Below are positions 61,486-64,000 of a DNA stretch of 64,000 nt, one piece after another (the first letter of the stretch is position 1; the number at the start of each line of letters is the position of its first letter). The position numbers and the translations under genes are program-made. The DNA is from Candidatus Woesearchaeota archaeon. Lineage in GTDB: Archaea; Nanobdellota; Nanobdellia; Woesearchaeales; ARS49. Where the stretch lies: positions 937 through 64,936 of the forward strand of contig QZIM01000011.1 in NCBI GenBank assembly GCA_003599055.1, written 5' to 3'. Below the pieces are notes generated by a model. It saw only the letters and a program-made list of their open reading frames with translations, made no database searches and was not told the DNA's origin.

Positions 61486-62661
61486 TTACTTGTCAGCCGG
61501 CTGGAACTGCTTGCCAAGGGTTGGCCCGCTTTGGCTGCTGTAGTGTGACTTGATGGCGTCTCCGTAGACAAGGGGGTTTCCTTTTTCGTCAAGGGGTGCA
61601 AGGCGCAGGCGTTCTACGCGCAAAAGCGCAAGGGGTTGTCCGTGGGCGATGGTGTAGCTGCCGCCGGTGATGCGAACTTCAAGGGTGATTGGGCGTTTGA
61701 ATCCGGGGTCGGCAAATCCTGCGTAGTGGCTTCTGCCTTCGGCGACGGTTTCGTCGTATGCGTCAAGGACGCCGCACAGGTCTGCGGGAAAGTGGAATGA
61801 TTCAAGGGTGCTCAGCAAATAGAACTCGTTGTTTTCAAGCGTGACTTCTTTCTCGCCCCGTTCAATTGCTTCAAAGTATTTTTGCCATTGTCCTGCGTGG
61901 CGGCCTTTGCCTGAGGAGAGGTCGTATTCGAGTTGGCTGCTGGGTTTTGCCTTGTACGCGATAATTTCATTGGTGTCAAGGTCAACGTTGAGGGAGACTC
62001 TGCCGCGTTTGATGCGTTCGGTGAGCGGTACGCGCTCATATGCAGTGTTGGAGAGAAGCGGTGTTTGCGCGTCGCGAAGGCGCAGTGATGCCTCATCGTA
62101 GCTTGCATCGCCGTATTTGAGGCGGAGTTGGCCAAGGGCGGTTCCTTTGCGTACGCGCACGTGCCAGCTTTGGGGGGTGATGAACATATAGAGTTGTCTT
62201 TTTCCGGGGGTGATGGTGTCGAATCGTTGGACGCCGCTTGCAATGACGCGGGTGAGCGTGTCGCTTCTGCCGGTGCTGCTTTTTGCGTTGATTTCGCCGC
62301 TGAATCCTTCGGGCAGGTTGGTTGATTCAAGGAGGGGTACGACAAATGTTTGGTGGCGGGTAAGGAGGGTGGTCTTGTGAGGGGCAAGGTCGCACCGATA
62401 TAATGTTTGCCGCTCAATTGTTTTTTCGATGTCTTCGTCTTTGCGGGGGAGGAATGCGCCGCGAACGCACGCTGCCCAGTCGCCTAAGCGAAGGTCGATG
62501 CTGCTTGGCTGGATTTGTCCTTCTGCAAGCGGTTCGGAAAGGAGGATTGCTCCCTTGTCGGCGGAGTCGCGCAGTTCTTGCGAAGGCAGGACGCCGTACG
62601 TCGAGCGGGGGGAGAAAAGTTCGGTTTGCAGGGGGGCGGGTTTTCCCTTTTTTTTCGCCAT
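61486..62661 (-). CDS. dcd: dCTP deaminase-like protein, long (~390 aa) form
   Basis: IQPSSIDLRLG, typical of the dCTP deaminase/dUTPase fold, and roughly double the usual length. Start chosen at MAKKKGKP (ATG 62661). Confidence 0.65.
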   Translation of the reverse strand: MAKKKGKPAPLQTELFSPRSTYGVLPSQELRDSADKGAILLSEPLAEGQIQPSSIDLRLGDWAACVRGAFLPRKDEDIEKTIERQTLYRCDLAPHKTTLLTRHQTFVVPLLESTNLPEGFSGEINAKSSTGRSDTLTRVIASGVQRFDTITPGKRQLYMFITPQSWHVRVRKGTALGQLRLKYGDASYDEASLRLRDAQTPLLSNTAYERVPLTERIKRGRVSLNVDLDTNEIIAYKAKPSSQLEYDLSSGKGRHAGQWQKYFEAIERGEKEVTLENNEFYLLSTLESFHFPADLCGVLDAYDETVAEGRSHYAGFADPGFKRPITLEVRITGGSYTIAHGQPLALLRVERLRLAPLDEKGNPLVYGDAIKSHYSSQSGPTLGKQFQPADK

Positions 62662-62814
62662 GCGCAGCGCTGTTTTTTCCTGTTTTATATGGTTTTGTCG
62701 GTTGCTTTTTGTATGTTCGACTGGTGGTGTTATCACTTTTTTCCGCAACTTCCCGAATGTTTATATATTCTGACAGCCGGGAACGGATAACTGACAACTG
62801 GAAAAAAAAGGGTT

Positions 62815-63744
62815 ATGGCAGAACTGCGAAAGGATTATTTTTTGGACCGCTGGGTGCTGATTGCGCCAAAGCGGGGCAAGCGTCCGCACGAGATTGAGCA
62901 AAAGGAGTTGCATCACGAGGGCGTCTGCAGTTTTTGTCCGGGAAACGAGTCGATGACGCCAAGGGAGATTGGCAGGATTCCGCAAAATGGCGGCTGGGCG
63001 GTTCGCTGGTTTCCCAATCCGTTTGCCGCGCTTGTTCCGGAAGGGAATGCTGCGCCAAGGACGGATAATCGCTTTTTTACGTTTGCGGGCGGGTTCGGCC
63101 ATCAGGAAGTGATTGCGGAGACGCCAAGGCACGATAAGCAGCTTGCCGATTTGTCCGAGGGTGAAATTGCGCAGGTGCTTGAAGTGTACGCGCGCCGGAT
63201 TGTTGAGCTTGAAAAGAAGGAACGAATCGCGTACGTTTCTGTTTTCAAGAATCACGGTTTTCAGGCGGGAACGTCGATTGTGCACAGTCACAGCCAGGTG
63301 TGGGCGATGGGTGTGATTCCGCGTGATGTTCAGGAAAAGCTCCGTGCGTCGGCAAAGTTTTTGCGCTGCCCGTATTGTGCAGTGATTGACGTTGAGTCAG
63401 TGGGCGCGCGCAGGTGTTTTGAAAACGCCGATTTTATCGCGTTCACGCCGTATGCGTCGCGGTTCAATTATGAGGTGTGGGTTTTGCCAAGGCAGCACGT
63501 GTCGCGTTTCGAGCAGCTGAACGTTAAGTCGCTTGCGGCAATTCTGAAAAAGGTGCTCGTGCGTGTTGGCAATTTGGATTATAATTTGACGGTGACGTAC
63601 GCGCCGAAAGGGCGTGACTTGCACGTGCATCTTGAGCTTTTGCCAAGGGTCGCGCTGTGGGGCGGGTTTGAGCTTGGGACGGGTGTCATCGTGAATGCAG
63701 TGTCGCCCGAGGACGCGGCGCGGTTTTACCGGGGTGAGTTGTGA
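62815..63744 (+). CDS. galT: Galactose-1-phosphate uridylyltransferase-like (HIT superfamily, GalT branch) nucleotidyltransferase
   Basis: Zinc motif CSFCPGNE and active site HSHSQV. Confidence 0.8.
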   Translation: MAELRKDYFLDRWVLIAPKRGKRPHEIEQKELHHEGVCSFCPGNESMTPREIGRIPQNGGWAVRWFPNPFAALVPEGNAAPRTDNRFFTFAGGFGHQEVIAETPRHDKQLADLSEGEIAQVLEVYARRIVELEKKERIAYVSVFKNHGFQAGTSIVHSHSQVWAMGVIPRDVQEKLRASAKFLRCPYCAVIDVESVGARRCFENADFIAFTPYASRFNYEVWVLPRQHVSRFEQLNVKSLAAILKKVLVRVGNLDYNLTVTYAPKGRDLHVHLELLPRVALWGGFELGTGVIVNAVSPEDAARFYRGEL

Positions 63745-64000
63745 GTTTTATCATATCGAACTTTGCGGGAAGTTTTGGCGTGTTTGATTTAGCGAGCAGG
63801 TTTTCGGGTGTTTTTATGGCGCACCAGGGGAAAGTTTTTCGCACGATTGCGGCAATTGAGCCAAAGGAGAGGCAAAATTGGGCGTATGGCGGGCAAGAGG
63901 TGAAGGCGGGTGCATTGTCGCTTTTTTTTGCGTATCGGCTGCCTGCCTTTTTTTATCAGGGCAGGGAAGCGGATGTTTTGCTTGACTGTCGGGAGATTTT
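63741..64000 (+). CDS. Partial ORF (3' end outside the window), hypothetical
   Basis: GTG at 63741 overlaps the galT stop (GTGA). The frame (MSFIISNFAGSFGVFDLASRF...) stays open to nt 64000. It is not in the ORF track because it is incomplete. Confidence 0.35.
   Translation, partial: MSFIISNFAGSFGVFDLASRFSGVFMAHQGKVFRTIAAIEPKERQNWAYGGQEVKAGALSLFFAYRLPAFFYQGREADVLLDCREI

Overview
A 64-kb archaeal chromosomal window. Archaeal hallmarks: intron-containing tRNAs behind TATA-type boxes, Spt5, L11, SecE, prefoldin alpha, FtsY, RNase P Rpp21 and Elp3. Genes are tightly packed with many 4-nt ATGA overlaps. A DPANN-like or small-genome origin is only an inference. Layout: (i) nt 1-8060: a 5'-truncated giant surface protein (>2335 aa) very rich in N-x-S/T sequons, plus a partner gene sharing its C-terminal module. 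(ii) 8-18.7 kb: a signalling neighbourhood rich in KaiC-like ATPases. It includes a five-gene REC / pseudo-KaiC / REC / pseudo-KaiC / histidine-kinase operon and a HAMP-PAS sensor + KaiC pair. An odd tRNA locus with duplicated tRNA pieces sits in this region. (iii) 18.9-30.6 kb: an ~11.7-kb lower-GC integrated element at an intron-containing tRNA-Gly, bounded by a 12-bp direct repeat. It carries a tyrosine integrase, a tightly coupled m5C methyltransferase + HerA-like ATPase + NurA-like nuclease cassette, two lipoproteins, a RepA-like ATPase and a possible AbrB/PIN pair. The methyltransferase/HerA/NurA cassette is my top candidate for an undescribed defence system. (iv) 30.7-64 kb: mostly housekeeping genes: M16 peptidase pair, class III cyclase, tRNA-Val, ScpA, prefoldin, FtsY, SecE, Rpp21, PGK, GAPDH, 2-hydroxyacid dehydrogenase, cyclophilin, NOP2/Sun, PepF, ABC exporter, Elp3, L11, Spt5, dCTP deaminase and GalT. 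Clusters of small membrane or secreted proteins are interspersed. I saw no rRNA genes and no CRISPR array. All functional calls come from reading motifs by eye; no searches were run.
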